From a virus (Duplodnaviria; Caudoviricetes): a stretch of 41,719 bases of DNA. The translations under genes were made by a program, and so were the position numbers. The notes under the pieces are model-generated. The model worked only from the letters and a program-made list of their open reading frames with translations, ran no database searches and had not been told where the DNA came from. Positions 9,797-19,992 of this stretch are shown here, piece after piece. Position 1 is the first letter of the stretch. Each line of letters opens with the position of its first letter. The stretch is from positions 1-41,719 of IMG/VR virus record IMGVR_UViG_3300020045_018018. The stretch is one strand, 5' to 3'.

Positions 9797-10201
9797 ATGG
9801 CAAACATGACAGCGACTACTTACACGCCTGGCGATGGAGTTAGAAAAGTTCAACATTCCGAACAAGCACTATTAACAAGCGCGGGAGCGGTAACAACTTA
9901 TAGGCTAACCCTATTAGGGCGCGTTACATCCGGCGGGAAATATTGTCCTTATGCTTCGAATGATAGCCCAACAGGTGCAAATATACCAGTTGCAATTTCA
10001 TTAAGTGAAGTTGTTTCAGACGGTGCAGGCGATGATGTATGTGGAATTCTTTTGGCTGGCGAAGTCGAAGAATCCAAAATCAGAATTCACGGTGGCACTG
10101 TAGGCGCAAATATCACCGAAGCAATCAAAGATCAGTTGAGAACTATGGGTATCATAGTCACGGATTCGGTTGATTGCAACGTTCTTGACAATAATTCATA
10201 A
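9797..10201 (+). CDS. Head decoration protein (lambda gpD-like)
   Basis: Between protease and capsid; TLLGRVTSGGKY..Y, PVAI, LRTMGI pattern. Confidence 0.8.
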   Translation: MANMTATTYTPGDGVRKVQHSEQALLTSAGAVTTYRLTLLGRVTSGGKYCPYASNDSPTGANIPVAISLSEVVSDGAGDDVCGILLAGEVEESKIRIHGGTVGANITEAIKDQLRTMGIIVTDSVDCNVLDNNS

Positions 10202-10220
10202 CAGGAGGAAAAAATAAAAA

Positions 10221-11315
10221 ATGGCAAGTGATAAAAGAACTGCTTATCTTGAAGCATACAAACAATTAGCAAATTTTATACCGTTTTTATCATCTTTTTT
10301 CAGAACAAATCCTCAAGATATTGTTTTTGCAGAAAGCGTAAAAATTGACGTAATGCGCGGGAAAAGAAAAATTGCGCCTGTAATTTCGAATATTACCCAA
10401 AGAGGTGGGAAACTTGAAAAATCTCAATATGTTTCAAAAGAATACACGCCTCCAGTAGTTGCGGTATCAAGCGATTTTGCGGCAAGCGATCTTATAGATA
10501 AGGCTTTTGGAGTGTCAGAATATGACAGCGCGGATCAAGATTATATGTTACAATTGCAGTCAAAAATCAAAGATACCATGGTTGAAATTGAAGGGCAAAT
10601 CAATAGAAATATTGAATATCAAGCTTCACAAATTTTGCAAAACGCTGGCGGAATTTCATTATACGACGATAACGGTCAAATAGCTTATACTATTGACTTT
10701 TTGGCAAAAGATACTCATTTTCCAACAACTTCAATTAGCTGGTCAGACGACGCTTCCGATCCCGATAGCGATTTGAAAGCTCTTTACGACGTTATTAAAA
10801 AAGATGGATTTGTAAGTGCGAGAAATGTTATTTTCGGAAAAACCGCATTGAAAAATTATCTTAGAAATTCTTTTATTCAGGATAAATTTGACATCAGAAA
10901 TATTAATGCCGGAACTATAGCGATTCAGGAAAGAAACCCCGATGTAACATTACTTGGAGAATTTATAGTTGATAATGTTAGAATGGTAGGGTGGACTTAC
11001 GACGGCTATTATAATCATCCTTCGACTGATACTATTACAAGTTTTGTAGGCGATGATAAAGTTATAATGTTACCCGATCCCGGATCAATAAATCTTGATT
11101 TTAGAAAAATATATTGTAAAGTTCCAACTGTTACGGGAGTCGATCCAAGATTTGCGAGCGTAGTTCCTACTAATCTTAATCTTGATAATAGAGCTTATAC
11201 AGCGCGCGTATGGGTAGACGGTAACGCCGACGCTTTGGACGTTGAATTAAAAACAAGACCTTTATTGATACCAGTAAGCATTGACGCTTTTGGATGTCTT
11301 GATACTGAAATATAA
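10221..11315 (+). CDS. Major capsid protein, lambda gpE family
   Basis: FLSSFF, VKIDV...IAPVI, RNIEYQASQIL, WS...DP..DL, RPLLIP. Confidence 0.92.
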   Translation: MASDKRTAYLEAYKQLANFIPFLSSFFRTNPQDIVFAESVKIDVMRGKRKIAPVISNITQRGGKLEKSQYVSKEYTPPVVAVSSDFAASDLIDKAFGVSEYDSADQDYMLQLQSKIKDTMVEIEGQINRNIEYQASQILQNAGGISLYDDNGQIAYTIDFLAKDTHFPTTSISWSDDASDPDSDLKALYDVIKKDGFVSARNVIFGKTALKNYLRNSFIQDKFDIRNINAGTIAIQERNPDVTLLGEFIVDNVRMVGWTYDGYYNHPSTDTITSFVGDDKVIMLPDPGSINLDFRKIYCKVPTVTGVDPRFASVVPTNLNLDNRAYTARVWVDGNADALDVELKTRPLLIPVSIDAFGCLDTEI

Positions 11316-11332
11316 TTTTTAATTTTGAAATC

Positions 11333-11362
11333 AAACGGCTTATTAAATTAAGCCGTTTTCTT
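11333..11362 (+). terminator. Hairpin after capsid gene, probable intrinsic terminator
   Basis: AAACGGCTTA-ttaaat-TAAGCCGTTT followed by a short T-rich run. Confidence 0.6.
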
Positions 11363-11388
11363 GAAAATTAAATCACAGGAGTAAAAAA

Positions 11389-11730
11389 ATGGATGAAAAA
11401 TTATACATTGTGAATAAGAAATCAATTGTTACCCGGAGAGGCATCAAAGGGCATGGTGAGGCAATAACAAAATTTGATATAGGGCAAAATTTTGAATTAC
11501 TTATAGAAAAAGGTTGGATAATTGAAAAACCAGAAATCAAAGAAGAAAAAAAAGAAGATCAATTACCAAAAGAAAATCCGGTAATCATTGAACCAAAAAA
11601 AAATGATTTAAAAAAAGATGTTAAAACTCCAAAAAAAATTGAACTCGGAGCAGTGAAAAAAGAAGAATTTGTAAAACCGATTGAAAATAAAGTTGATGAA
11701 TCAAAATCAAAAAGCGAAAGTATTGAATGA
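11389..11730 (+). CDS. Hypothetical Lys/Glu-rich protein after capsid
   Basis: RBS AGGAG; typical post-capsid position. Confidence 0.7.
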   Translation: MDEKLYIVNKKSIVTRRGIKGHGEAITKFDIGQNFELLIEKGWIIEKPEIKEEKKEDQLPKENPVIIEPKKNDLKKDVKTPKKIELGAVKKEEFVKPIENKVDESKSKSESIE

Positions 11731-12110
11731 ACTTATTAGAAATCGCAGAAAGCGATCTGGCGATAACGATTGAAGACAAGGACAATGGGTTCGGCGTTCA
11801 ATTATCGCTTTTTGATGAAAAAGAAAAAGAATACCCGATTGTCGTGAATGTTTCTGATATTGGATATTTTATCGATCCGCAAACAGGAATTGGAATTATC
11901 GGGCGTCAAGTTGAAATATCGATCCGTATAAGTTCTTTGATAAGTCAAACTCTCGGAGATCAACCCGATGACCGATGGAGTGCAAAATATACCGATAAAT
12001 CAGGCGTTGAATGGACGATGTTTGTTGCAAGTGCGCCAAAAGTTGACAGAACACTTGGAATTTATAATATAACTTTGGAGTCATACAAAAAAAATGATAC
12101 CGAAACTTAA
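11727..12110 (+). CDS. Putative head-tail connector/closure protein
   Basis: Neck position; ATGA overlap; MNLLEIAESDL...DIGYFIDPQTG. Confidence 0.6.
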   Translation: MNLLEIAESDLAITIEDKDNGFGVQLSLFDEKEKEYPIVVNVSDIGYFIDPQTGIGIIGRQVEISIRISSLISQTLGDQPDDRWSAKYTDKSGVEWTMFVASAPKVDRTLGIYNITLESYKKNDTET

Positions 12111-12789
12111 TGTATTAATTGACAAACAGGATAATAACGAAATAATTCGGGATCAAATAGCAGCGATATTGGAACTTGAAAAAAACAATCAAGTTAGTCT
12201 TGCAAATGCAGCCGGTAAAAATATTGAGGATTTTGATTTTGATGTTTATTCTGAAAAATCAAGACCATGGGAAATTTTGACGAGTGAAGATGGCGATGAA
12301 ATAGGGCAAATGCCCCTCGTTAATGTTTGTTTTGATAATGATACGTTTGACAACGTTAACAGCGATCAAACGCAAAGACAGCGGGCAAAGGGAACATTTT
12401 ATATCGATTGTTACGCACATAAAAATCGTACGAAACTTGAAAAAGGCGATTCCTTGACTTCAAAGGAATCCGACCGCATAGCAAGATTAGTACGAAATAT
12501 TATAATGAGCGCAGAATATTTTCAATTAGCGCTAGGGAATAGAGAATTAGGAAATGGCAAAAATATTGTTTGGCGAAGAAATATAACCAAACGTGAAAAA
12601 ATAATGCCGGTTGACCGGGAAGGTCAATATTTTGAATCAGTAATTGCGACTAGATTAACTTTGATAGTTGAATATGATGAATTTTCTCCACAGATTCAGC
12701 TGGTTAATCTTGAATTATTATATTTGACATGCAAAAAAGATGAAACTGAAAAAGTTTATTTTGAAGTAGAAAACGATTTTACAACATAG
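12094..12789 (+). CDS. Putative tail completion/terminator protein
   Basis: Immediately upstream of the sheath gene. Confidence 0.55.
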   Translation: MIPKLNVLIDKQDNNEIIRDQIAAILELEKNNQVSLANAAGKNIEDFDFDVYSEKSRPWEILTSEDGDEIGQMPLVNVCFDNDTFDNVNSDQTQRQRAKGTFYIDCYAHKNRTKLEKGDSLTSKESDRIARLVRNIIMSAEYFQLALGNRELGNGKNIVWRRNITKREKIMPVDREGQYFESVIATRLTLIVEYDEFSPQIQLVNLELLYLTCKKDETEKVYFEVENDFTT

Positions 12790-12801
12790 GAGGAATTAAT
12801 T

Positions 12802-14274
12802 ATGAGTATATCAAGTTCCTGGATAGCGCGTGTAACGGGTGTATCCGTTGAATATGAAAATTTTAATCTTGGTAAGGCGTTAAGCCTTCCAATGAGAATA
12901 GCGGTAATAGGGCAAGGCAATTCTGCCAGCGTATATGACACGACTCCTTTTTTGGCATTAAGCGCAAATCAGGTCGGGGCTGCAGTTGGTTATGGATCAC
13001 CCCTTCATCTTGCTTGCCGTCAATTATTTCCAGATAATGGCGATGGGGTTAATGGAATTCCCGTTACAATTTATCCGCTTGAAGACGATGATTCAGGTGT
13101 TACAGCCGCAGGTGCAATCGAGGCGGTCGGGCAAGCGACCGAAACCGTATCATTTGTGATTGAAATAGGCGGTATTCCTACCGGAAATATCGCCATCGTT
13201 TCAGGCGATTCAGCCGCAACCGCTCTCGGAAAAATAAAAACAGCATTAAACGCAGTAGCGGCAATGCCAATAATCGCAGGCACGGTTGGAGCCGGATCAC
13301 TTCCAATAACTGCAAAATGGGCGGGTGCTTCCGGGAATGACATTGATATTAATATTGATCTTGCAATTTGCGCAGGATTAACTTTTTCAAAATCGGCAAT
13401 GGCAACTGGTGCGGCAAATCCCGATGTTAATGATGCACTTGATTTGATTGTCGAAAAATGGGAAACGATAATACTTAACTGTATGAATTATGATGACACA
13501 ACGACCCTCGATGCTTTTTCAACATGGAACGAAGGACGCTGGGCAGCGGACGTTAAAAAGCCTTGCATAGTTGCAAATGGTTGCGTAGATGATTTTGCTA
13601 CAAGAACCGCAATTTCAGACGCTAGAAAAACCGATAGGACAAATTTCTTAATCGAAAGCGCAGGGTCAAGAGAATTACCATTTTGTATAGCGGCAAGAGG
13701 ACTTGCAAAAGACATTGCGGTAACGGCAAACGATCACCCGGCAATGAATTACACCGGACATCTTACCGGACTTGATGCCGGAGACGATATTGACCAGGAG
13801 GATGGCACTACCCGAAATGCAGCCGTGCTTTTGGGCGCAAGCACAAATAGAAAAGTAGATGGATTTGCAATATTGCAGGACATTGTTACTTTTTATCATC
13901 CAGATTCCGAAGGTCTTTATCCTGCTTTCAGATATGTTTGTGATATCATCAAACTTATGAATGTGGTCTACAATGTTGATATCGTTCAAGAGGCGTATAG
14001 AGCAAGACCCATATTACCAGATTCTGATCCCGTGCCAGTTGATGAAGCAATGGCAATTCAACCAAAAAATATTAAAACAACCTTGATAAATCTTGCTGAA
14101 TCATTGGCAAAAAAAGCAATCATCGCAGACTTGGCGTTTACGAAGGCGAATATTTCAGTTGCGTTTGACGGGAATAATCCAAAAAGAGTAAATACAATTT
14201 TCCCGATTAAGTTATCAGGAAATGTCGAGGTTAATGACACAACTATAAAATTTGGTTTTTATTTACCACAATAA
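12802..14274 (+). CDS. Contractile tail sheath protein (Mu gpL-like)
   Basis: RIAVIGQ, GYGSPLHL, ITAKWAGASGNDI, GAANPDV, DIVTFYH, NPKRVN. Confidence 0.92.
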   Translation: MSISSSWIARVTGVSVEYENFNLGKALSLPMRIAVIGQGNSASVYDTTPFLALSANQVGAAVGYGSPLHLACRQLFPDNGDGVNGIPVTIYPLEDDDSGVTAAGAIEAVGQATETVSFVIEIGGIPTGNIAIVSGDSAATALGKIKTALNAVAAMPIIAGTVGAGSLPITAKWAGASGNDIDINIDLAICAGLTFSKSAMATGAANPDVNDALDLIVEKWETIILNCMNYDDTTTLDAFSTWNEGRWAADVKKPCIVANGCVDDFATRTAISDARKTDRTNFLIESAGSRELPFCIAARGLAKDIAVTANDHPAMNYTGHLTGLDAGDDIDQEDGTTRNAAVLLGASTNRKVDGFAILQDIVTFYHPDSEGLYPAFRYVCDIIKLMNVVYNVDIVQEAYRARPILPDSDPVPVDEAMAIQPKNIKTTLINLAESLAKKAIIADLAFTKANISVAFDGNNPKRVNTIFPIKLSGNVEVNDTTIKFGFYLPQ

Positions 14275-14292
14275 ATAATAAAGGAGTAGATT

Positions 14293-14667
14293 ATGGCAGG
14301 CGGCCCATGTTCAAATATTACAATTAACGGAAGAATTTTCCCGCTCGACGGAGAAAATAACGTTTCAATTCAACTTTCGGGATTCAAAAACGAAGTTAAA
14401 CCTAACGGAGACGGGAAATCATCCCGGCAGGTAAAAACGCCCGTCCCAGGATTATTGGAAAATGTTCCGGTAATTATAGACCCAGCAAGACAAGACCTTG
14501 AATTTCTTCGGGACGTTGCAAATAGTTCTAATTTTGTCGATGTGGATATAACCAAAGTCGACGGTACTGTTTATTCTGGCAACATGCAAATTATTGACGA
14601 CATTAAAGAATCGGCAAAAGAAAGCACTTGCGAACTTAAATTATCCGGGACTTTGGAACAGCAATAA
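14293..14667 (+). CDS. Tail tube protein
   Basis: Follows sheath; 124 aa; ITINGR..., DGTVYSG. Confidence 0.8.
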   Translation: MAGGPCSNITINGRIFPLDGENNVSIQLSGFKNEVKPNGDGKSSRQVKTPVPGLLENVPVIIDPARQDLEFLRDVANSSNFVDVDITKVDGTVYSGNMQIIDDIKESAKESTCELKLSGTLEQQ

Positions 14668-14680
14668 AGGTATTGACAAT

Positions 14681-14712
14681 TGTTAATAACCTGTTAATAA
14701 CCTGTTAATAAC
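14681..14712. repeat. Three tandem TGTTAATAAC(C) repeats, 11-bp period
   Basis: Exact 10-mers at 14681, 14692 and 14703, just after TTGACA. Confidence 0.9.
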
Positions 14713-14748
14713 TATAAAATAATTTTTTGAAGTAAGGAGCAAAATATT

Positions 14749-15240
14749 ATGGGGATGTTTGATAAAAAAGAAGTTCAAAATGAAGAAATTAAAAACGAAA
14801 TAAAAATCAATGACGGTTCTTCAAAGTTCATCATTGACAAAGAAACGGCAGAGGAAGAATTTGGTCGTATTTGCGAAGGATGGGAAACATTTTTAGATTT
14901 TGATTCTTATAATGAAGACGAAAAAGTCGATGTAAAAAAATTAAAATCTCAAATTGTAAACGCCATAAGACTTGGAAGGCTTTCTTATAATCAGGATGAA
15001 ACGATTTCCTATACGATTTCAGAAAAATCAAAAGAACATTCTGGAAAAGAAATTATAATTTCACGCCCAGGCGGCAAGGCATACCTCGGAATAGACCAGT
15101 TCAAGGATCAACAGAATATTCACAAAACTTATGCAGTTTTGGCAATGATGATCAATAAACCAATTGCATTTATAGGACAACTTGACGGAATTGATTTAAA
15201 ACCAATTCAGGCTTTACAATCGCTTTTTTTCGCTGTGTAG
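14749..15240 (+). CDS. Tail assembly chaperone (G-like)
   Basis: Between tube and tape measure; ends in a slippery T run. Confidence 0.8.
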   Translation: MGMFDKKEVQNEEIKNEIKINDGSSKFIIDKETAEEEFGRICEGWETFLDFDSYNEDEKVDVKKLKSQIVNAIRLGRLSYNQDETISYTISEKSKEHSGKEIIISRPGGKAYLGIDQFKDQQNIHKTYAVLAMMINKPIAFIGQLDGIDLKPIQALQSLFFAV

Positions 15241-15437
15241 TCTCGGAAATTGCCAGCCGGGGCGAAAAAATTAAAATGTATGGCATAAGCGGGATTCATA
15301 CGCAAATATTACAAATTTGCACGGAATACCCAGGCTTACCAGACATTAAGGAAATGACTTTAGATGAAATACGATTTTTTTACAATCCGCTTATTGACGG
15401 ATTAATTAAGGCGCAACTTGAATCTATGAAAAAATAG
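15225..15437 (+). CDS. -1 frameshift extension of tail chaperone (GT-like)
   Basis: T TTT TTC heptamer at 15225-15231; -1 frame open to TAG 15437: RCVVSEIASRGEKIKMYGISGIHTQILQICTEYPGLPDIKEMTLDEIRFFYNPLIDGLIKAQLESMKK. Confidence 0.8.
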   Translation, partial: FFRCVVSEIASRGEKIKMYGISGIHTQILQICTEYPGLPDIKEMTLDEIRFFYNPLIDGLIKAQLESMKK

Positions 15438-15449
15438 GAGGCTCTAAAA

Positions 15450-17267
15450 ATGGCAAGTAGATTTTCTATAAGTGCGATTTTTAGGGCAATTGATCAAATG
15501 TCTGCTCCTATTGCGCACATGCAAAAACAATCAAAAATGTTTACAAAGACACTTCAAACTGATTTTGCAAAAGCGCAAAGACAAGCGATGAAATTCAATG
15601 AAAATTTTTCTTCAGGAATAAAAACAGGACTTCTGGTCGGAACTGGACTTGCAATTACCGGAATTGGACTTATAGCAAAAGAAGGATTAAAATTAGCAAG
15701 CGATCTTGTCGAAGTTCAAAACGTTGTAGACACTACATTCAAAGAAAATTCAAAACAAATAGACGCATGGTCAAAAACTGCATTAAATTCGTTTGGCATT
15801 TCAGAATTACAGGCGAAAAAATTCTCAAGTGTTTTGGGCGCAATGATGAAATCATCAGGAATTTCAGGACAGGCATTAGTTGATATGTCAGAAAGTATGG
15901 CAGGTCTTGCCGGAGATTTTGCGTCATTCTATAATTTGAAACCGGAAGAAGCGTTTGAAAAAATTAAATCAGGAATTTCAGGAGAAACCGAACCATTAAA
16001 AGCATTAGGAATCAATATGTCTGTTGCAAATATGGAAGCCTTTGCATTAAGCCAGGGAATAAAAACTTCTTGGAGATCAATGACGCAGGCACAGCAAACT
16101 TTATTAAGATATAATTTTTTGATGAAAGTTTCAAAAGACGCTCAAGGCGATTTTGCAAAAACAAGTCAAACTTTTGCAAACCAACAAAGATTATTAACTG
16201 TTAATTTTCAGCAATTATCGGCAACCATTATGTCAAAAGTTTATCCAATGTTTAATAAATTATTTATTATTGCAAACAAAATGTTATCAAGTATTGACGG
16301 GGAAAAAGTAGGATCACAAATAAAATCGTTTATTGATTTGTTAATAAATATTGCAAAAGCAATTTATAATATTTATAAAATTATAAAGCCGTTTATTCCT
16401 TTAATATTAATATTTATTGCATCATGGATTGCTTATCAAAAAGCAATGTTTTTAGTTGCACTGGCTACCGTTATTTTCTCAAAAGCAAATGTTCAGGCGT
16501 TTATAAGCATGCTTCCTTTAATAATTGCAATCGGTTTATTAATTGGCGTTGTTTATTTAATTATTAAAAACTGGCATAATCTTAATAATGTTCAAAAAGG
16601 ATTAATTATCGGAATAGGAATTTTAGTCGGCGTAATTTTGGGCGTAATTGGGGTTATAAAAATTTGGCAAATAGTACAAATCGCTTTAAATATAATTTTG
16701 ACCGCAAATCCAATCGGTGCAATAGTTGTCGGAATTGCTGCTTTAATCGCTGCAATAATTTTATTAATTGTTTATTGGAATCAAATAATTCCAGTTGTTC
16801 AAAAATTCTGGGATATGCTAAAAGGTATTTTGATGATAATGAGTCCTATTAATGCAGTAATTGTCATAACGATTGAAATTGTAAGGCAGTTAATCGCATC
16901 TTGGGATAAAATTACTGACAAATTTAAATCGGGTGATATTTTGGGTGGCATTATGGAAATCGGAAAGGTAATATTAACAGGTATTTTATCGCCGATTCAA
17001 GCATTATTTGAAATGCTGGGGAAACTTCCTATAATCGGAAAAAGTTTTTCAGGTATAGCCGAAAATATTGGCGGGTTTAGAAATTCATTATCCGGGGAAA
17101 AAACAGTGAACCCGATGAATCCTTCCGAAAGATCTTCGCTGACCCGTGAAGAAAAAACCAGTAAGGCAAATCTTACTATAAAAGATGAAACCGGAAAGGC
17201 AAAACTTGACAATAAAGCAGATAAAAACGCATTTAATTTAAAATTGTTATATTCAGGAAAATTTTAA
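15450..17267 (+). CDS. Tail tape measure protein
   Basis: EVQNVVDTTF, LAGDFASFYN, GETEPLKALGI, ANPIGAIVVGIAALIAAI. Confidence 0.93.
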   Translation: MASRFSISAIFRAIDQMSAPIAHMQKQSKMFTKTLQTDFAKAQRQAMKFNENFSSGIKTGLLVGTGLAITGIGLIAKEGLKLASDLVEVQNVVDTTFKENSKQIDAWSKTALNSFGISELQAKKFSSVLGAMMKSSGISGQALVDMSESMAGLAGDFASFYNLKPEEAFEKIKSGISGETEPLKALGINMSVANMEAFALSQGIKTSWRSMTQAQQTLLRYNFLMKVSKDAQGDFAKTSQTFANQQRLLTVNFQQLSATIMSKVYPMFNKLFIIANKMLSSIDGEKVGSQIKSFIDLLINIAKAIYNIYKIIKPFIPLILIFIASWIAYQKAMFLVALATVIFSKANVQAFISMLPLIIAIGLLIGVVYLIIKNWHNLNNVQKGLIIGIGILVGVILGVIGVIKIWQIVQIALNIILTANPIGAIVVGIAALIAAIILLIVYWNQIIPVVQKFWDMLKGILMIMSPINAVIVITIEIVRQLIASWDKITDKFKSGDILGGIMEIGKVILTGILSPIQALFEMLGKLPIIGKSFSGIAENIGGFRNSLSGEKTVNPMNPSERSSLTREEKTSKANLTIKDETGKAKLDNKADKNAFNLKLLYSGKF

Positions 17268-17268
17268 A

Positions 17269-18498
17269 ATGAGTTGGCTAGATGATTTAAAAGAAATAAA
17301 ATATACTTCACCTTCAGGGCAGGAATTTACATTTTTTTATGACAATTTGTCTGTCGATGTTGATAAAAAAACCGCATCTTTCATTTTTCCTGAAAAAGAT
17401 GGTGCTTATATCCAGGATTTGGGTAGGGCGGGCAGACGCTTTCCCTTTACCTGTTATTTTTCAGGTGAAACATACAACAAAGATGCTGATAATTTTATGC
17501 TTGCGCTCGAAGAGGCAGGAATTGGAAAATTAGACCATCCGCTTTATGGTACTCGAAATGTAGTGCCGACAGGGTCAATTACCCGAAGAGACGATCTTAT
17601 TTCAGAGGCAAATCAGGCTATTTTTTCATTTACATTATCGGAAACATTGAAAGATTTATTTTTTCCAGAAACAAAAGAAAATGCAATTGATAATATATCA
17701 AACTCATTGAATAATTCAACAGACAAAATATCAACAGAATTTTCGGATTCAATTAAATTTGATAATGCAGGCGATAACGTATCGCTTATAACACAAATGA
17801 AACAACAATTAGCAACAATCGATTCAAAGCTAAAAACGGCTGCAAAAACACTTGAAAAAGTCAATTCTGCTTACCAGCAAATAAAAACCGCTTACGAAAA
17901 TAATATTGAAAATATTTTGACTGATGCCGAATCGGTCGCAAGACAAGCAATTGAAATTATAAGATTACCTTCCAGGGTTAATCAAGATGTAAAATTAAAA
18001 CTTCAAACTTACAAAGATTTAATTACTCATTTAAAATCAGATTTTGCGAAAGCGCTTGATGGAGTTCCGAACGCTTTTTATGAAACAAATAAAAATCTAA
18101 TGTCATGCCTTATAGCCTCAAATGAAGCGATTTTATATCAAAATTTTAAAACTCGAAATGAATGTATTGAAGTTAGCGAAATGCTTTTAGATATGTTTGA
18201 CGATTTAAAATTATTTCAAGACGAAAATTATGATTCCTTGGGATTGGTTGATATCGGTTCCGGCTATGAAGCATTATTAAGATCAATGAATTATTCAACA
18301 GGATATTTAATTAACGAGTCATTTTCGCTACCGAGTGAGAAAAAAATAGTTTTGGGTAACTCAAGCGATATTTTTTCGTTGGTTAATTCAATTTACGGGA
18401 ATCTTGATAATCTTGATGATTTTATAATAAATAATGACCTTACAGCGGACGAGATTGAGCAATTGCCGGCAAAACGTGAAATTGTTTATTATCAATAA
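17269..18498 (+). CDS. Mu gpN-like DNA circularization/tail protein
   Basis: FPEKDGAYIQDLGR, GKLDHPLYG. Confidence 0.85.
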   Translation: MSWLDDLKEIKYTSPSGQEFTFFYDNLSVDVDKKTASFIFPEKDGAYIQDLGRAGRRFPFTCYFSGETYNKDADNFMLALEEAGIGKLDHPLYGTRNVVPTGSITRRDDLISEANQAIFSFTLSETLKDLFFPETKENAIDNISNSLNNSTDKISTEFSDSIKFDNAGDNVSLITQMKQQLATIDSKLKTAAKTLEKVNSAYQQIKTAYENNIENILTDAESVARQAIEIIRLPSRVNQDVKLKLQTYKDLITHLKSDFAKALDGVPNAFYETNKNLMSCLIASNEAILYQNFKTRNECIEVSEMLLDMFDDLKLFQDENYDSLGLVDIGSGYEALLRSMNYSTGYLINESFSLPSEKKIVLGNSSDIFSLVNSIYGNLDNLDDFIINNDLTADEIEQLPAKREIVYYQ

Positions 18499-18716
18499 AA
18501 AAAACTTGCATGTATAGACTTAAGGTTGAACGATAGTGTCACGGTATAACAAATTATACTATAAAGGCATATTATCTAACCTTGACGAAATGTAAACAAC
18601 ATGGATAAACAAGGCATTTTAAGGCTTAGTTATTTACATGTTATTGACAAGTTGTTAACTGATTTTGTATATAAATACTATAAAATATACAATATCTATA
18701 GTAAAAAAGGGTAAAA

Positions 18717-19982
18717 ATGAGCAAAACTCATGAAGTTAAATTAAAAGAGACTCTCGGTAAAATTTCTATAAAATATTATGGTCTATTTTCAAAATGGACT
18801 TCCATAAGAAATGCAAACCCTCAATTAGTCGGACGCAATAAGGCAATTGACGGCAGTCCTTTAATTTATCCAGGCGATATTTTAATTATTCCCGATGAAC
18901 AACCGGTAAATAAAATTGCTCTAAAAATACCGGCATTGAATACTGATGAACTTGCTATTATTGTTGATGGAAATAGATTTAATTATTTTACAGAATATTC
19001 ACTTATTCAGGAAATGGATGCATTTGATTCATTTTCTTTTTCAGCGCCTTTTGACGATACGAATGAAACTTTTATAAATTCGTTTAAGCCTTTTTCATAT
19101 AAACAATGTCAAGTTTATTATGGTGGAGATTTGTTTTTTAACGGGATTTTGCTAGCTCCCCAGACAGAGGCAAATTCAACTTCAAAAATATTAACTTTGA
19201 CAGGTTATCCAAAATGTGGAGTTTTGAACGATTGCCCGTTACCGATTTCAATGTTCCCGTGCGAATTTAACAATCAAGATTTAAAACAAATTGCCTCAAA
19301 AATGATACAACCTTTTAATATTGATATTGATTTTTCAGAAAGTCCGGGTAATAAATTTGAAAAAGTCACTCCAAAAATGGAAGAAAAAATATTAAGTTTT
19401 TTGATCAATCTTGCAGAACAGCGGGATTTAATAATATCAAACAATATCGAAGGAAATTTATTATTTTGGAAAACAAAAACCGGATCAACTATTGCGGAAA
19501 TTAAACAAGATGAAACTCCGTTTTTATCTTGCAAACCGACTTTTAATCCTCAAGATTTTTATTCGCATATTACCGGCGTTAATGCTACTTCCGAAAAAAA
19601 ATTAAGTCAAAAATATACTTATGAAAATACCTATCTTACAAAATTGGGAGTTTTTCGCCCTTATATTTTTTTGGTTCAAGATGCAAAAGAAATGGACATA
19701 AAAAAGGCAACTATAACAAAAGCCGGAAAAATGTTTGGAAGTTCATGCGGCTATCAATTAACTTTAGCAGGTCATCGAGATAAAAATAAAAATTTCTGGA
19801 GAAAAAATACACTAATTATGTTAGAATCTCCCGGGGCGATGATTTACAAAAATACAAAATTTATGATAAAAAAAGTTACAACTTCCAGGACTTCGGAAGG
19901 CGGAGATACAACTATTTTAGATTTGGTTTTGCCGGAGTCATATAGCGGAGTGATTCCAAATAATTTTCCCTGGGAAAAATAA
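18717..19982 (+). CDS. LysM-containing baseplate hub protein (Mu gp44/GpP-like)
   Basis: N-terminal LysM (ETLGKISIKYYG...IRNANP...IYPGDILIIP) followed by hub-like region. Confidence 0.85.
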   Translation: MSKTHEVKLKETLGKISIKYYGLFSKWTSIRNANPQLVGRNKAIDGSPLIYPGDILIIPDEQPVNKIALKIPALNTDELAIIVDGNRFNYFTEYSLIQEMDAFDSFSFSAPFDDTNETFINSFKPFSYKQCQVYYGGDLFFNGILLAPQTEANSTSKILTLTGYPKCGVLNDCPLPISMFPCEFNNQDLKQIASKMIQPFNIDIDFSESPGNKFEKVTPKMEEKILSFLINLAEQRDLIISNNIEGNLLFWKTKTGSTIAEIKQDETPFLSCKPTFNPQDFYSHITGVNATSEKKLSQKYTYENTYLTKLGVFRPYIFLVQDAKEMDIKKATITKAGKMFGSSCGYQLTLAGHRDKNKNFWRKNTLIMLESPGAMIYKNTKFMIKKVTTSRTSEGGDTTILDLVLPESYSGVIPNNFPWEK

Positions 19983-19992
19983 AGGTGAAAAT

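Noticed and set aside
14681-14712. CRISPR array
   Set aside because: 10-bp units with no spacers; no repeat-spacer array or cas gene seen in the window
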